In this document: one piece after another, positions 29,782-43,860 of the stretch
Layout of the letters: each line of letters opens with the position of its first letter
How positions within the stretch are numbered: the stretch's first letter is position 1
Notes under the pieces: model-generated
What the model saw: only the letters and a program-made list of their open reading frames with translations
What the model was told of the DNA's origin: nothing
The model's database searches: none
Program-made: the position numbers and the translations under genes
Assembly (NCBI GenBank): GCA_964016885.1
Contig: OZ024743.1
Coordinates: 102,548,001 to 102,612,000 of the forward strand
DNA: 64,000 nucleotides
DNA from: Eledone cirrhosa
Lineage: Eukaryota
Direction: 5' to 3'

Positions 29782-32700
29782 TTGTATATTAAAGTTTTGG
29801 CAGCGTTTCTTTATCCCATTATCAATACTCTTACCCAGTCATGAATTTCTCATGGGGAAGCCATGTTACAGGCTTCGATGTACTTTTCATTCCGTATTCT
29901 ATTTTCCTGACACATTGCCAGTTGAGTTACTTCCGAGGAAGATCATACTCTTCTGTGATTTAACGTGAATGAAATTCAAATAGAGCAATAGTCCACACAG
30001 TGAAAATAGAGGAACCAACTAAATCTGTCTATTATTTACATATTATTTAATTTTAAATTGTAATTATAGGAGAATAATTAAAAGTAATGCATTGCATTGA
30101 ATATGGTTAGGAGTATATAGGAGAATATTGTCTATGTTCCTTGTTAATTAGGACTGTAGGGCAGGATAAATGGATGCTTTGGCTGGTATATTTATCAGAT
30201 TGCGAACCCTGCCTATTGGCCTTGTTTCTTAGAATATTTCCCATATCATGTAATAGATCAGCTCAGATATTTGCTTCATTGCATGTTTAAAATGTTAACA
30301 TATGATGTAATACATTGCTGATTCTTTTATTTCTCACAATATTTATAAATTTAGAAAAAGAATATAATTATAAAATGTACAAGTTGTTTGTTGAAGATTA
30401 GGACAACCACGTCCTTTTATCCGTATACAAAAATCACAGTTAATGGGGCTTCCCTTTTACATAGTAGATCGAGATTTGAAGGAGAATTAGCTTCTAAATC
30501 TTACATGTTGACTTATAATATTAAGTCGAACCGAGTACAAAGGCTTGAGACATGCTTAAGATTATGGAGATTGTCGGGTTTTCAATATATCTAATTTTTT
30601 GTTTAGTTGATTAATTAAAAACTCATATTAAGAACATGGCAAAGATGTACATGTTGTAGTTGGTGGATAAAATGTGGATATAATTAATTAAATTATATTA
30701 ACTGATTTTCTGTTTTTAGCATTCATAATGCTTCTTATAGCATTCCAGATGTTTTTCTAAATAATTATTGCAGTGAATTAACTTTTTTAAACACTCATTG
30801 TCATAGTTAATTTAAGAATGCCGCAGATAGACGTAGACGGAGAGCAGCTAGCTAAATAAGAGTAGCTAGCTAAATAAATTAACTCTTGCAACAACTTTGC
30901 TAGGAGAGAAAATATCATTAAGCGTGTATTTTCTTGTCCTACTTTAATGATAGATAATTTTCAAACCTAGAACATACACGTACCGTTCAAACATTTCTAA
31001 TCAATTTAAGCAGTAATGTCTTCAGCTTGAAATAGGAGCTTATGCTCGCTGAAGTCACAACCTAGCATTTTATTTATAATAATGAAAAATAACCGAATGG
31101 TCATAACTTGCACACCTTTCATTATAAACATTCTCAGTCGGAGTTTACATGTGGATATGCAACAAGAATAATAAAAATAACAACTCAAACAACTAAACAA
31201 ATTATCTTCGCTAAGTGACCACTTACCTTGGTACATAAATTAATATTACACTACAGGTAACATGGAAACACAATGGAAAGTCACAGACACTTCCTTTTTC
31301 AATTAGCTTACTTCTGGTGATCACGATGTGGGTAAAATGTTGACAATAGCACTCGCTCCAGCCAGTGCAACAGGGATTACAACAAAACTAGACAACACGA
31401 AAACACCACAAAATAGGGTAAAATAAGATAGACCTTCGACCAAATTCACTTTAAGATGTGAAAGGTGTATGTAAAACCCAGGGTGCTTCGAATGAAAACA
31501 AAAACATTGAAAACGCAGTAGAGTCCTATAGATTTATCGAATATCACTTTTACTTTTGTTGGCTTACAAGACGTTTAAACACTTCATTTTAAAATTGCAA
31601 CATCATGATTTATTACTCAATATTCAATTGTATCTATTTTCCATATGCTTGTAAATAAGTTTTCTCCGCATTACTACTATGTATTGCTTTTGATTGTAAT
31701 GTTAACTAATCAAATTTAATAATACTCATTGCAGAATGTATTCTCTTTCCAAAGACGTTCTCATCATTTATTGGTTTTCATTTACTGACTAAATTTCACT
31801 TTTCCACAGAGAAATAAATTACATTAAATAATACGTTGGTATATATTTTATAGAACCCTAAGAACCCAGCAAATAGATTAACTATGAATAGATTCGCTTA
31901 TACATTCGTATGTTATAGTGAGAGGGAATTAGTTTCTTGTGATAGTAAAATATGTTGTTTTCTGTGGCTGTGGTTCATATGATATTTGAAAAGTTACAGT
32001 ACAGGCCACCAATCTTTGAATTGGTAATCACGTGGAATGAATCAGCACATATACCATGTAGTAGAATATATTATCTATTATTTAGCTTACACTAAGTCTA
32101 ATTATGTATACAACCCTGATAGACTGTTATTGTTTGAAATGTATATTGATACACTTTCATGATCATAAAGAAAGAAGAGATGTTTCAGAGCAGTTAGAAC
32201 GTTGGATAGCATGATTTGCGGAATTTGGTCTAGTTTTCTGGGATAATTTCAAATCTCACGGACGTCACATTTGCTTTCCATTTTTTCGAGGAAGATAAGA
32301 AAGCACCTCTCTAATACTGATGTCAATTGTTCCTGTAGGACTCCTTTTAGCTTCCTCTCTCTCTTAATCTTCACTAGAAGAAATCGGCTGTATTCCGATT
32401 TGGAGACGGAATGGGCTCCGCCAGGCTTAAAATAAGATATGCCGTATATCACAACGGTGCCTCTACCACTCTACCAGTAATTGCAGGTCCACACATACAA
32501 TTACAGAAGACTGATGCACTCTTTCTGTTACACATCATTCATTAATATTTACAACGAGATTGACCCTCATATAGTTCATTTAAAACGCTTTGAACATTCT
32601 GTATTTATAGCTTCATTTCCTATTTTATTTTATGAGAAACAATTATTTCTATTATTTTCAAGTGTGCTATTTGCATTATAAACATGATTAAGTATTTATG

Positions 32701-34850
32701 ACATTCCATTGATGAAGAAATTATAATCAATTCATTGAATTTGAAACTGTGTATAGCGTGTATTACAAACACTTTTATATGAATTTTTTATTGGGCAAGC
32801 ATTCGATCAATGTGCTTAGATATCAATGTGATTTGATTCAATAAGACGCATTTGAAGCTGAATTGGCCTTATATTAGAAAGACGTTTACGGAATCACAGG
32901 CAGCTGATAGCTTTCATTATTAGGTTATTTTATATATGGAAATTATTGATATTTTCGCACGAAACTAGAGAAATCACTACAAAAAAAGATCTTTTATTCA
33001 GCTATCTTGGAAATATATCGAAATGGTTACAGTCATCCCATAACACATCTGCCGATTAAAACATACCTACTTCCCGTAATGTTAGTGAAACGATATCAAA
33101 TATTGTGTTTCTTAAACATTTGACTCCATCATACCCTAAACATTCAAATGAAATTTAGTAATAAAATGTATTTCCTTCACATCGATTTGCTTTCTACGCT
33201 ACTAAGTTTGTTCTGCAGACCTTAAAAATAGATCCCCTCTCCCAGAATTCTTATTCATTAGATTTGAATATAATTTATATTATACTTTATACTCTTTTAA
33301 TCATCTGATGTATTTGTTTAGTTCTGGTCTAACCAAGGACTTAGGAAATGAATTACTAACGGCTTTCCAGCCATCATGATCTCATCTACCAGAATAACTT
33401 ATCATCTGATTCCTTCCCTTTTCATGACGGTAGGATGTAATTAGAGGGAGCTTGGCAGCTCTTTCTAATATTTCAAGTGACCACATAGTTTCACCAGGAG
33501 TCTCTCTTATGACAACCACAGAAATAACTATCCTATATCTAATACAACATCGATAGAATTTAAATAACTTACTATTTCCACGATGATCCCTGATTACTGC
33601 TTTGAAATGACAGGAAGTAGAAAGGTTTCATGTTTACCCAAATATGTAGTTTATCGTTTCTTTGTCAATCGTTTTAAATTATTTTAAGGCGGCTGATTGA
33701 AACAGAATAGGAGCAGCAAATATACTGATAAGAGTGTCCGGAGTACTATGGATCAAGATGTGTTTGCATTTCGTACTATATGTAAAACAAGTGGGGTTTT
33801 CTAATTCGATCAGAAAAATACTCAAGGCGTTGATATATTTAAGCAGAAACTAAGATTCATTTTTCCAAAGATAGAACGCAATATGATCCTTCATTTTATC
33901 GTTTCTAAAGAATAGCGGTGACAATAGTTCGTTCATTCATTCTCACAGTATTTATAAATATTATTGAGTGTGATGAATTCAATCAATACAACATTCTAAT
34001 TATAAAATATTCGAAATGATGAAGTAAATATTGATAGAATGGGAATTACGAATTCATGTTGCGAATCCGTTGATGAACACGCTCTCCATTGTCTCTGTGG
34101 AGACCATGTGTTTTTATTATTATATCGTAATTTAGCAATATAACTCAATTTCACAGTAGGAAAATCTAATACATTATTTCATCTACCATTTAGGTTTTCA
34201 CAGATGTTATCAATATATAGAATTTACGTTCTAATGGGAATTTCTATAATAGTTGACTTTAAGTTACGTTTTTAGAAATCTCATATTTTCTGATATCATT
34301 TCATTAATAATGCACTTCTTTATCTCCTCCGATTTTCACCATATTACCCATTAATTTTCCAGTTAGGTTTCCCGATTTGGTGGTTTACATAGCTTCATGT
34401 TCGACTAACAATTCAACATTATTGCCACTATTACATTCATGGCAACATTAACTTATTAATCTATTAATATATGGGAATGATTGATAAATCCAAAACGAGT
34501 GTCAGGAGAAATATTATACGGGGTTAGGACACACGACAAACATAGCTGACGATAAACACATGTGTACCAGCACAAATACGCACACATGCACACACACACA
34601 CATACATACATATTTACATTCATACATACATTCATACATATTTACATATATATATATATAACAAAGGAATTGTGGTAAGGAAGCAGATGGACCATAACGC
34701 GCCAGAGTACTCAATACTTAGGGTAGTAGAGTGGGAAATAGGAAAAAGTATGACCCCGACGGCAGAGCTCAAGCCGTTTCGACGGCTATTTCTGGACAGA
34801 AATAGCCGTCGAAACGGCTTGAGATCTGCCGTCGGGGTCATGCTTTTTCC

Positions 34851-34882
<32 letters not shown>

Positions 34883-35124
34883 TGTGTGTGTGTGTGCATG
34901 AGTGTGGGGAAACTAGAAAATAATGAGAGAAAGTTTAGAAATCTCAAAGCCAGAGAATATATGTAGCCACTGTCGATTGCTCTAAATAATAGGTTAGAGA
35001 ATCAGAGAAAATTTCCCTATGAACGGAAAGTGGTCAGCAGCTGATACCAAGTGTCAAACTTAGTACCTCGCACATTCCTACTATATATCTGTATGTGCGT
35101 GTGTAGGGGTTAGATGCATAGCCT

Positions 35125-36330
35125 TATTGGCAGTATCAGTAGAGGGTCGGGCGCCATGCTTTGACGCATAGGGTTACGGCCCTTTCCATTCTGAGTCCAA
35201 ATCCCGCCTAGGTTACATTTGCCTTTCATCCTTACGGGGTCAATAAAATAAAGTACCAGTAATGCACTGGTTAATTGCTGGTCTTGTGCCAAAAGTAGAA
35301 ACAATTATTACCTATCATCAAGTCTGGAAGAAAGACAAATTTGATATATGTGTAGAGTATGTTTATCTAACCAGTTGAGAATTTTATACATAGAGAATGG
35401 ACTTCATCTGGCGAAAGGAGTCCTCGATATGTAAACATACAGGTAAATATACATGTATGCTTACATTTATTTCTTCAAGAGAAATGCCAAGGTTTGTTAT
35501 AGTCAATTCCCTTGAGAATATCATTCACTTGTTATTATGTTATATTAATTCATTTCTTCACTATCGTTATCACCTGATATCAATCAATTTGTCCGTTTAT
35601 TATTATCATGTGGTATTAAGGGTGGTGGATTGGCAGTACGGTAGAGCGTCGGACAACATGCTTCGCGGCATAGAGTTACGAGCCTTCCCACTCTGTGTTC
35701 AAATCCCACCGAGGTTAACTTTGCCTTTCATCCTTACGGGGTCGATAAAATAATGTACCAGTCACGCAGTGGGGCCGATTTAATTGACTTTGCTTTCCCC
35801 CAAAATTGCTGGCCTTGTGCCTATATAAGAGACCATTATTATTATGACTAATCTAGCTATTTCTCCATTTATGGTTATGTGGTATTCCTGTGACATTAAT
35901 CTATTTTTCCGGTTATTTTATGTGATAATTATTCATTTCTCCGATCATTATTATAAGGGCGGTGGATTGGCAGTATCGGTAGAGGGTCGGACGCCATGCT
36001 TTCCAGCATAGTTACGTCCCTTTATGGTCTGAATTCAAATCCTGCCGAGTTGACTTTGCCTTTCATCCTTACGGGGTCGATAAAATAAAGTACCAGTAAT
36101 GCACTGGGTATTTGCTGGCCTTGTGCCTAAAGTAGAAACAATTACTATAAGGGCGGTGGATGGGCAGTATCGGTAGAGGGCTGGACGCCATGCTGTCTAG
36201 CATAGTTACGTCCCTTTACAGTCTGAGTTCAAATCCCGCCGAGGTTAACTTTGCCTTTCATCCTTACGGAGTCGATAAAATAATACACTGGGACAATTGC
36301 TGGCCTTGTGCCAAAAGTAGAAGCAATTAT
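35125..36330 (+). mobile_element. Four SINE copies (35125-35309, 35619-35840, 35957-36145, 36150-36330)
   Basis: Same head, core and tail as 29592-29781. Confidence 0.88.
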
Positions 36331-36565
36331 TATATGATAATTATCCATTTCTTCGGTTATTGTTATCACGTTATATTAATTAATTTCTTTGGTTATTGTT
36401 ATCACGTGATATTAATTTATTTCTCGGCTTATTGTTATCATACGATATCCATTTCTTTCTCTTCTTATGAAATATTCCTCCGCTTATTGTTATCGTAGAT
36501 TATTCATCTATTTCTTTGTTACTTCATTTTTTCTGGTTGTAATTTATTTTATTATATTTTTTCAG

Positions 36566-37607
36566 ATCAATTCTAAAAGCTTCCGGTGCCAGCCCATTTC
36601 TTGGACCATTATTTTTTGACAGTGATGGCCATATACAGATATCGAATTTTATAATCAAAAACCTAATACACGATGGAGAAAAAGTGACATGGAGAGAGAT
36701 AGGCTATATTCGCAATGGTGATGTCAGGATTCGTGAGCCAATATGGCCCATTGACCATATACTCCCAACATCTGTTAATGGACGAACGCGTTATCGGATT
36801 GTTACGAACCCAGTCAAACCTTTTGTAATGGAAGAGGCTCCACATAAGGATTACAACGAATGTATGTCAGATACACCTTGCTTGAAACTTTCTTCTAAGG
36901 ATAAAGAACGGACTATAGCAGCTCTTCGAGATTTCGAAGCCGGTGTATTAAACCAGAGTAACCCTTGGGAAATACGGTGCTGTCGTGGATTATCAATCGA
37001 CTTGTTAAATAAGTTGTCTATTGATTTAGATTTCGAGTTTACATTATTTCTCGTTTTTGATAAATCCTATGGAGCCTACAGTAACGGTTCGTGGAATGGT
37101 ATGATTGAAGATCTCCTCGAGAGCACAGCACACATTGCCATGGCAGCCTTTAGTATCACCAAGTCACGTGTCAAAGCTATTGATTTTACGGATCCCTATT
37201 TTTTCTCAGGGTTTTCTATCCTAGTTGCTGATCGCGTTAGGGATCCACACATGCAAGCATTTTTGGAACCTTTTTCCATAGGTGTATGGTTTGCGATTTT
37301 TATCAGCGCCACAGTCACTGCCGTTGCTATGGCCTTGTTTGAGTGGAACAGTCCTTTTGGACTAAATCCATGGGGACGAAAACGAAAGTCTAACTATACA
37401 ATGGCTTCCGGGCTAAACATGGTATATTCTGTATTATTTGGTCACACAGTTAGCACCAAATCCCCGAAAGCATGGCCAAGTAAAGTCATGCAAAATTTCT
37501 GGGCTTTTGCTGCAATATTTATAATAGCAAGCTACACTGCCAATCTTGCTGCCTTCATAGCCGGGAAAAACAATGGTGTTGGATACAATGGAATCTATGA
37601 CAGCAGA
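36566..37607 (+). CDS. GRIN3A: NMDA receptor GluN3-like subunit, 1042-bp exon encoding ATD-S1 linker, S1, M1, M2 and M3
   Basis: Acceptor ttttttcag|A and donor AGA|gtaagt. Motifs CCRGLSIDLL, WNGMIEDL, FSITKSR, IDFTDPYF, FLEPFS, EWNSPFGLNP, LFGHTV, SYTANLAAF. EWxSPFGL and Gly at the pore N-site are GluN3 hallmarks. Confidence 0.92.
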
Positions 37608-38429
37608 GTAAGTTATTTTCCTCTTATTTGAATAACAAATATTGAAAACAATGTCTATGCTGAAATATTCTCTTGAAAGTATTTTAAATGTATTTTAATT
37701 TTGTTCACAAAAGCAAAATGAATGTCAATCTGAGTCAATTGTGATGTTACTCAAAAGAATAGGTACAATTACTCCTAAAGCTATATTAGAAGGATTTCAA
37801 AGACATATATGATTTCAAAGACATATATAATTTATTGCATTTGCATATATATTTTTAAACTGTTTTAATTATCATTAATTTGCTTTGTAACATTGACCAT
37901 TTAACAAAGTTTATATAATCTCGCATGATTTACTTACTCTAAGTTAGTTTCTATACTTCGTAAAGAATTATTTCAGGACAATATTCTCTTCATTTTTACT
38001 GATGATTATCATTAGCTATATAATGAAGGCATCAACATAGATATCTGTAAGAAACATGCGGTCTATTATTAGTGAATGGAAAGAAGAAAATCTTTAATTT
38101 ATTCTTGACAATATAATTTAAGAAAATAACTTTGTATATTCATTTATAACGAATAAGTTTGTTATTGGAAAACGAAAGGTTTCCTTGCATTAACTCAATG
38201 TTTGTGACTGGATTTCATCATTCTAAATCAATTCTCACGATTGTTTGTAGTATCCTTAAAGTTCTATTTTGGAAGAATGTCGTTATATATTGTTGGGGTT
38301 GTTATTGTCAATGTTTAGGGCAAGATCACACCCCACTGAACATAACAATGGTCAATCAAATACCCATCGTAACATGTCTTTTATTCCGGCAGTGCATCTA
38401 AGACGACATTATTAAATGTAACTCTTGAA

Positions 38430-38648
38430 AGGGTAGTGGATTAGCAGTATCATTAGAAGGGCGGACGCTATGCTTTGCAGCATAGAGTTCCGGCGCTTTA
38501 CTATCTAAGTTCAATTCCCACCGAGGTTAACTTTGCCTTTCATCCTTACGGGGTCGATAAAATAAAGTACCAGTCACTCACTGGGGTCGATTTAATCGAC
38601 TTCCCTTCCCTCAAAATTGCTGTCCTTGTGCCTATATAAAAAACAATT
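38430..38648 (+). mobile_element. tRNA-derived SINE (further copies 40259-40450 and 52733-52878)
   Basis: Same core; longer subfamily with ctggggtcgatttaatcgact. Confidence 0.85.
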
Positions 38649-39534
38649 AAATCTAACACTACTGATTTTAATATTTTAATGTGCATTTCGAAAGAGGTTG
38701 GAGTCGCCAATTGTAGCAAATTGCGTGACCTCTTAGAAGCAAATTCGTTGGCTTGAACAGAGATGTTTGTAATTATTGATCTATTTTTTACTGAAGTATC
38801 TGCTTAGCTATAAAGATTCTGCGACATCCATGCTTTTCTGAAGAGGAGCAGCCAACGGTTGATACGAAGTAAATCTGTTTCTAAATGAAATCCACACCAG
38901 CTTGAGAATGTCCCTGACTGCGAAAGTGTTGGGTGGGTTAACCTGTCAAGTTTCTCTCAAAACAGTTCTGTTCTTTTCCTGTCACATTACGGCTAAATGT
39001 CCGCAAATATGCGGGAAAAAGATATGACATATATGTGTGGATGATTGTGTTCATGTATATCATATTATTTCATCGACATATGTTTCATACAGAGAGCCTC
39101 GATAGCAAACCATTATAACAAATGCTTTCCCATGTCTCACCACGTGGAGGTGAAGTTGGGTTGGTTCCCAATCTTTTCTTACAATCTACCACAGAGTTTC
39201 TCAACCTTTTGGGACCACCCCGCTGCTTAGGGCTACGTAATGCACTCAGCCCCCCCCCCCCACACACACACAAACACCTCTATTTTCAGAGAGACTTACC
39301 TACACGCAATTTGTAAATAATACAAAATAAATAAAATCGTTAATTTATATATAATCTCCTAATAATATATAACCAGCAATTTCTCTGTCTGTCTGTCCGA
39401 CAGTGGAAACACGTGGGCGCGTGCGAATGTTTTTTGCGCATGCGACGCGTAGAGAGAGAGTGAGAGTGAAAGAAAGAGACAGACTACAAGATGGGGATAG
39501 CGGGAGGGAGAGAGGGTGGAATTGAGGAGTGCGA

Positions 39535-39692
39535 CAGAAACATATTTACATTTCTGGGTGTGTGTAATAAATATATATATACACACACAGAAATATATAT
39601 ATATACACACAGAAATACATATACATTTCTGTGTGTGTAATATATATATATATATATACACACAGAAATATATATACATTTCTGTGTGTGTA

Positions 39693-39723
<31 letters not shown>

Positions 39724-39749
39724 GAAATATATATACATTTCTGTGTGTG

Positions 39750-39806
<57 letters not shown>

Positions 39807-39834
39807 GAAATATATATACATTTCTGTGTGTGTA

Positions 39835-39865
<31 letters not shown>

Positions 39866-40010
39866 GAAATATATATACATTTCTGTGTGTGTAATATATA
39901 TATATATATATATATATATTACACACACAGAAATGTATATATATTTCTGTGTGTATATATATATATACATATATATTACACACACAGAAATGTATATATA
40001 TATAGACACA
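39535..40010. repeat. Palindromic minisatellite (acacacagaaatatatatacatttctgtgtgtgt + (TA)n); second block 40569-40760
   Basis: Tandem ~40-75 bp units, each self-complementary. Confidence 0.85.
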
Positions 40011-40719
40011 GACATATATATACTTCCCTTAGCTACTGTACTGTATCTGTTGCTATCTCTCTCTCTCTCCAGCTATCCCTCTCTTTTAGTCTGTCTGTTT
40101 CTCTCACTCTCACTATTTCTCTTTGTAACACACTAACATTCCTCCCCTCTATCGCTGTGACGAATGGGGAGATGGAGGAGGAGGAGAGAGTCACTTCGTC
40201 ACTTCACCTCTGCCTTTCTTTCTCTCCCCTCTCATTCCCTCATTACGTACAGACATTAGGGCGGTAGATTGGCAGAATCTGTAGAGAGTGGGACACCATG
40301 CTTCATAGCACGGAGTTACGTCCCTTTACGGTCTGAGTTCAAATACCGCCGAGGTTAACTTTGCCTTTCATCCTCACGGGGTCGATAAAATAAAGTACCA
40401 GTAATGTACTGGGTAATTGCTGGCCTTGTGCCAAAAGTAGAACAATTATTAGAAACATTGCTTCATTTTTGCAAATCTAAGCATTAGTAAAATAACTAAT
40501 AATTTCAAAAGTAATTTTTCAATTCCAATTGTTATGAACAGCAAAACATTAATAATAATTTTGTTCTAAGAAATATATATACATTTCTGTGTGTGTAATA
40601 TATATATATATACACACACAGAAATATATATATATACACACAGAAATGTATATACATTTCTGTGTGTGTAATATATATATATATACACACAGAAATATAT
40701 ATACATTTCTGTGTGTGTA

Positions 40720-40754
<35 letters not shown>

Positions 40755-41023
40755 GAGAAATATATGGGCATTTCTCTGTTTGTCTGTCTGTCTGTCTGTC
40801 CTACCCTAAAACTCAAATGTAGGTGCTACAGAAATATTACCTTCCCCTTCCTTTCTCCACTTTGGTACTACCAAGATAAACACTGTCACTATAGAAACAT
40901 TACCTTCCCCTCTCCACTGACTTTGGTCACTGAGGCCGAGGGAATCGCTGGTTGCTATAGAGACACCTTGCAAAAGCCAGAAGTAACCAGTTCGAGGCGG
41001 TTCTGACTTGACACCATGCCAAG

Positions 41024-41537
41024 TCTACTTATAATATATAATGGGCATTTCTCTGTTTGTTTGTCTGTCTGTCCGTCTGTAAAAAATGCCAAGGAAACAA
41101 ATAGACGCGGTTTCAAATCTCTATGCTTCTCAAATTCATTACATTAATCTTTATTTATACGTTTCGCTTTACGAGTGTTTCGACTTACGAGTGTTTCGGC
41201 TTACGAGTGTTTCGGCTTATCATTATATATAAACGTTTCTATTTCCATCGTTTTATCGTAAACGTTTATATATTTCCATCGTTATATCATAACGTTTATG
41301 TATTATAACGTTTATATTTCCGTCACTAATCTCTTTTTCTCCTTTTTCGTTTTAACATATATGTATTTCAAAGATTTCACCGTATTGATAACATATATAT
41401 TTATACATGCATAAAAGACACACCGAGAGACGGTGAACATGTGGTGCCGAAAACATTTCTCATTCAAATCTCAACAATATCAGTACATAGACTAGATTTG
41501 TTAGCAGAAAACGGCCCACCGGCTGGTTTTCTGCTAG
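41024..41537 (+). mobile_element. Non-autonomous Helitron (second family)
   Basis: TC start tctacttataatatata, (tctg)n tract, 3' hairpin tagcagaaaac..gttttctgCTAG. Contains 16-bp tandem ttacgagtgtttcggc. Confidence 0.65.
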
Positions 41538-42350
41538 TCTATATATATAAAACTGAGGATGTCTGTCTGTGATCTAAGCAAAAAAACATTTCAAATGTTC
41601 AATGCCCTAGGGACCGCATTACGCGATTTAGCGATCTCTCTCTATAATTCTTAGTCTTTCTCTTTTTAGATAGATACATACATATAACGTCGCGCCATTA
41701 TAATATATGTCTGCATTACGTCACTTCCCTGGGGTTGTCTGTCTGTGTGTGTGTCTGTGAGTTTGAATCCCTAAAACTTGAGAAGTACCCAACCGATGTT
41801 TTACAAACTTTACATGTGTATTACTTATGTTTCAGGGAGTGATATGCACATACAAGAATTCAACATTTTGATCTCCATGGGCCCGCATTAGGTGAAAAAC
41901 TGTGTTTTCAAAGATTTTTAGGTTTTTTTTAGGCGTTACGTGAGACCGATTTCCCTGAAATTGTAACTATGTATTAGCCAGTCTCTTCTTCATACCGTGG
42001 GCAAAGAAAGTCCAACTTTATTATGGCCTTGGGCCCGCATTATGTGAAAAACTTCATTTTTTCAGCCTTTTAGGGGCTTTTTGGAGGCGTTACGTCTAGC
42101 CGATTTTCCCGAAATTTCAAAGCATATTATGCACATTAAAGAAATTCATTTTCTTGATCCCCTAGGGCCCGCATTAGGTGAACACCTGCATTTTTCCTGC
42201 TTCATCGAGGAAAATCTTAAAGATTATCCAGCCATCAGAGTATTCGGTTTATTTTCTTTACACAGACATACAGTTTTTCCACGATTAGGTCTGTTAGCGG
42301 CCCGCGTTCCAAAATACCTTATCCCGTGCAACACCGGGTACCACTGCTAG
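41538..42350 (+). mobile_element. Non-autonomous Helitron, paralogue of 9986-10907
   Basis: TC start, cccgtgcaacaccggg hairpin, CTAG|T end. Confidence 0.85.
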
Positions 42351-43581
42351 TAAATAATATAATGTATACTATTTATAAATAATTATGTGATTTCTTATTT
42401 TACTATATTTATATATATGTATCATTTGATATTTAATATACCATTAAATTATCTTTAATGCCCCTTTAGGCAGCAGCACCCCTTGACCTTCTGAACGCCC
42501 CCCGGGGACAGTAGCGCCCGCTTTGAGAACCTCTGATCTAACGTAATGAAAAAACATGTTTGCTAAAATTGATCTACATACCTCTAAAAGCCAGGGTGGT
42601 CATGGTTGGAATACAATTGATTATATATCTGCTTTTATATCCCAATTAAAAACAACATTTGTCATTGTAATATTATATAGGGTAAAAGTAACAAGAAACC
42701 TATAATTAGGAGATACACAACACAATATAATTCTGAATACGTTATTTTGAATATAAAAGTTATTAAAAGGCGCCTTTGGCAATCAATTTTGTGAGCGACG
42801 CAATTCTTTTCAACAACTGACACATTTCCCACGAACGACTTCAATATTCTTTGCCATAATCTTTTCATATTTCAATATCAGGACTAACATTAGGCAGAAA
42901 AAAATTGAATGTTTTATCATCTAAAATTACTTCTCTTAGAAAAAACATCTTATATTCTGTTTGTATTTCAATGTTTAAAGTTAGTTAAACTGTCGTTTAT
43001 TTTTTTATACGGTAAATGATAACTTGCAAACGTATAAATCAGACCCCAGGCGAAACAAGGTTACTCTATTAGGATGACATAAAAATGTTCTTCCATCTTC
43101 CGTTATCTATCACAGAAGTTAATTATGCCTAATGAGGCCTCACTAAGCTAAATAAATATATACGTGGTAATATTTACTATTTGAGGTCTGAAGATAAACC
43201 TGTGTACAGAGGATTCTGGCAGATAATCCTTTTCTAATGATTAAATATAATAGTAATAGACAAAAACATGAGTTTTGCAAAAGCACAGCTCATTTATAAG
43301 AAATAAAACAGGATATGACTGCTCACTCGAAAATTTCGTGGGCAGTGAAATAATGAGATTGATCTAACTACATCGAGATTTATCAGGAAATATTTACCAT
43401 CACATTCTGACCACGAAACACGTCGGCTGCGAGCGTACCATTAATATTTATTTTAATTAATTACCAACACAAGAATTAATTATATGCAAATTAGTATGTT
43501 CATTTCAGAATAATACTAAGAGCAAATGGGCATATATACCCACCAAATAAATGTTTCTTTGTGGTTGATTGGATGATACAC

Positions 43582-43630
43582 ATGTCTTCTGATGATGGTC
43601 CAATTAGATCGAAAATTCCAGTAAAGATGT
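43582..43630 (+). ncRNA. Type I hammerhead ribozyme (family C)
   Basis: atgtctt-CTGATGA-t ggtc caatta gatc-GAAA-attccag-TA-aagatgt. 7-bp helix I with two G-U pairs. Confidence 0.7.
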
Positions 43631-43860
43631 TTATCATTCTTTCAATTTACAGGCTAATTCGTAATTTCTGGCATGTTAGATATGTGTATACATATTGGTG
43701 CAGCCTAAATTACACACTGTATTTATACAGATGTAACTTTATTATACACATCGGCAACTAGCACACTTCTTGATATATATATATACATATATATATATTA
43801 GAAAGTGAGGTTATTTTTACAAAATGAAAAATAACCGAGGTGTCCTAGACGAGTGAAAGT

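Larger units (their letters stand above)
39192..42535. mobile_element. hAT/Charlie-like MITE with nested insertions
   Basis: TIRs cagagtttctcaa / ttgagaacctctg. Flanks atctacca / atctaacg resemble a decayed 8-bp NTCTAGAN-type TSD. Confidence 0.7.

Noticed and set aside
34760-34835. gtcGAAAcggctt as a hammerhead 3' half
   Set aside because: The GAAA sits in the loop of a simple agccgt/acggct hairpin, and no copy has an upstream CUGANGA.
37994-38070. CTGATGA ... GAAA catgcgg TC
   Set aside because: Helix I has only 2 pairs and there is no related copy; consistent with chance.
39535-40010. Regularly spaced palindromic repeats resembling a CRISPR array
   Set aside because: Spacers are only (TA)n, the context is eukaryotic and there are no cas genes; it is a minisatellite.
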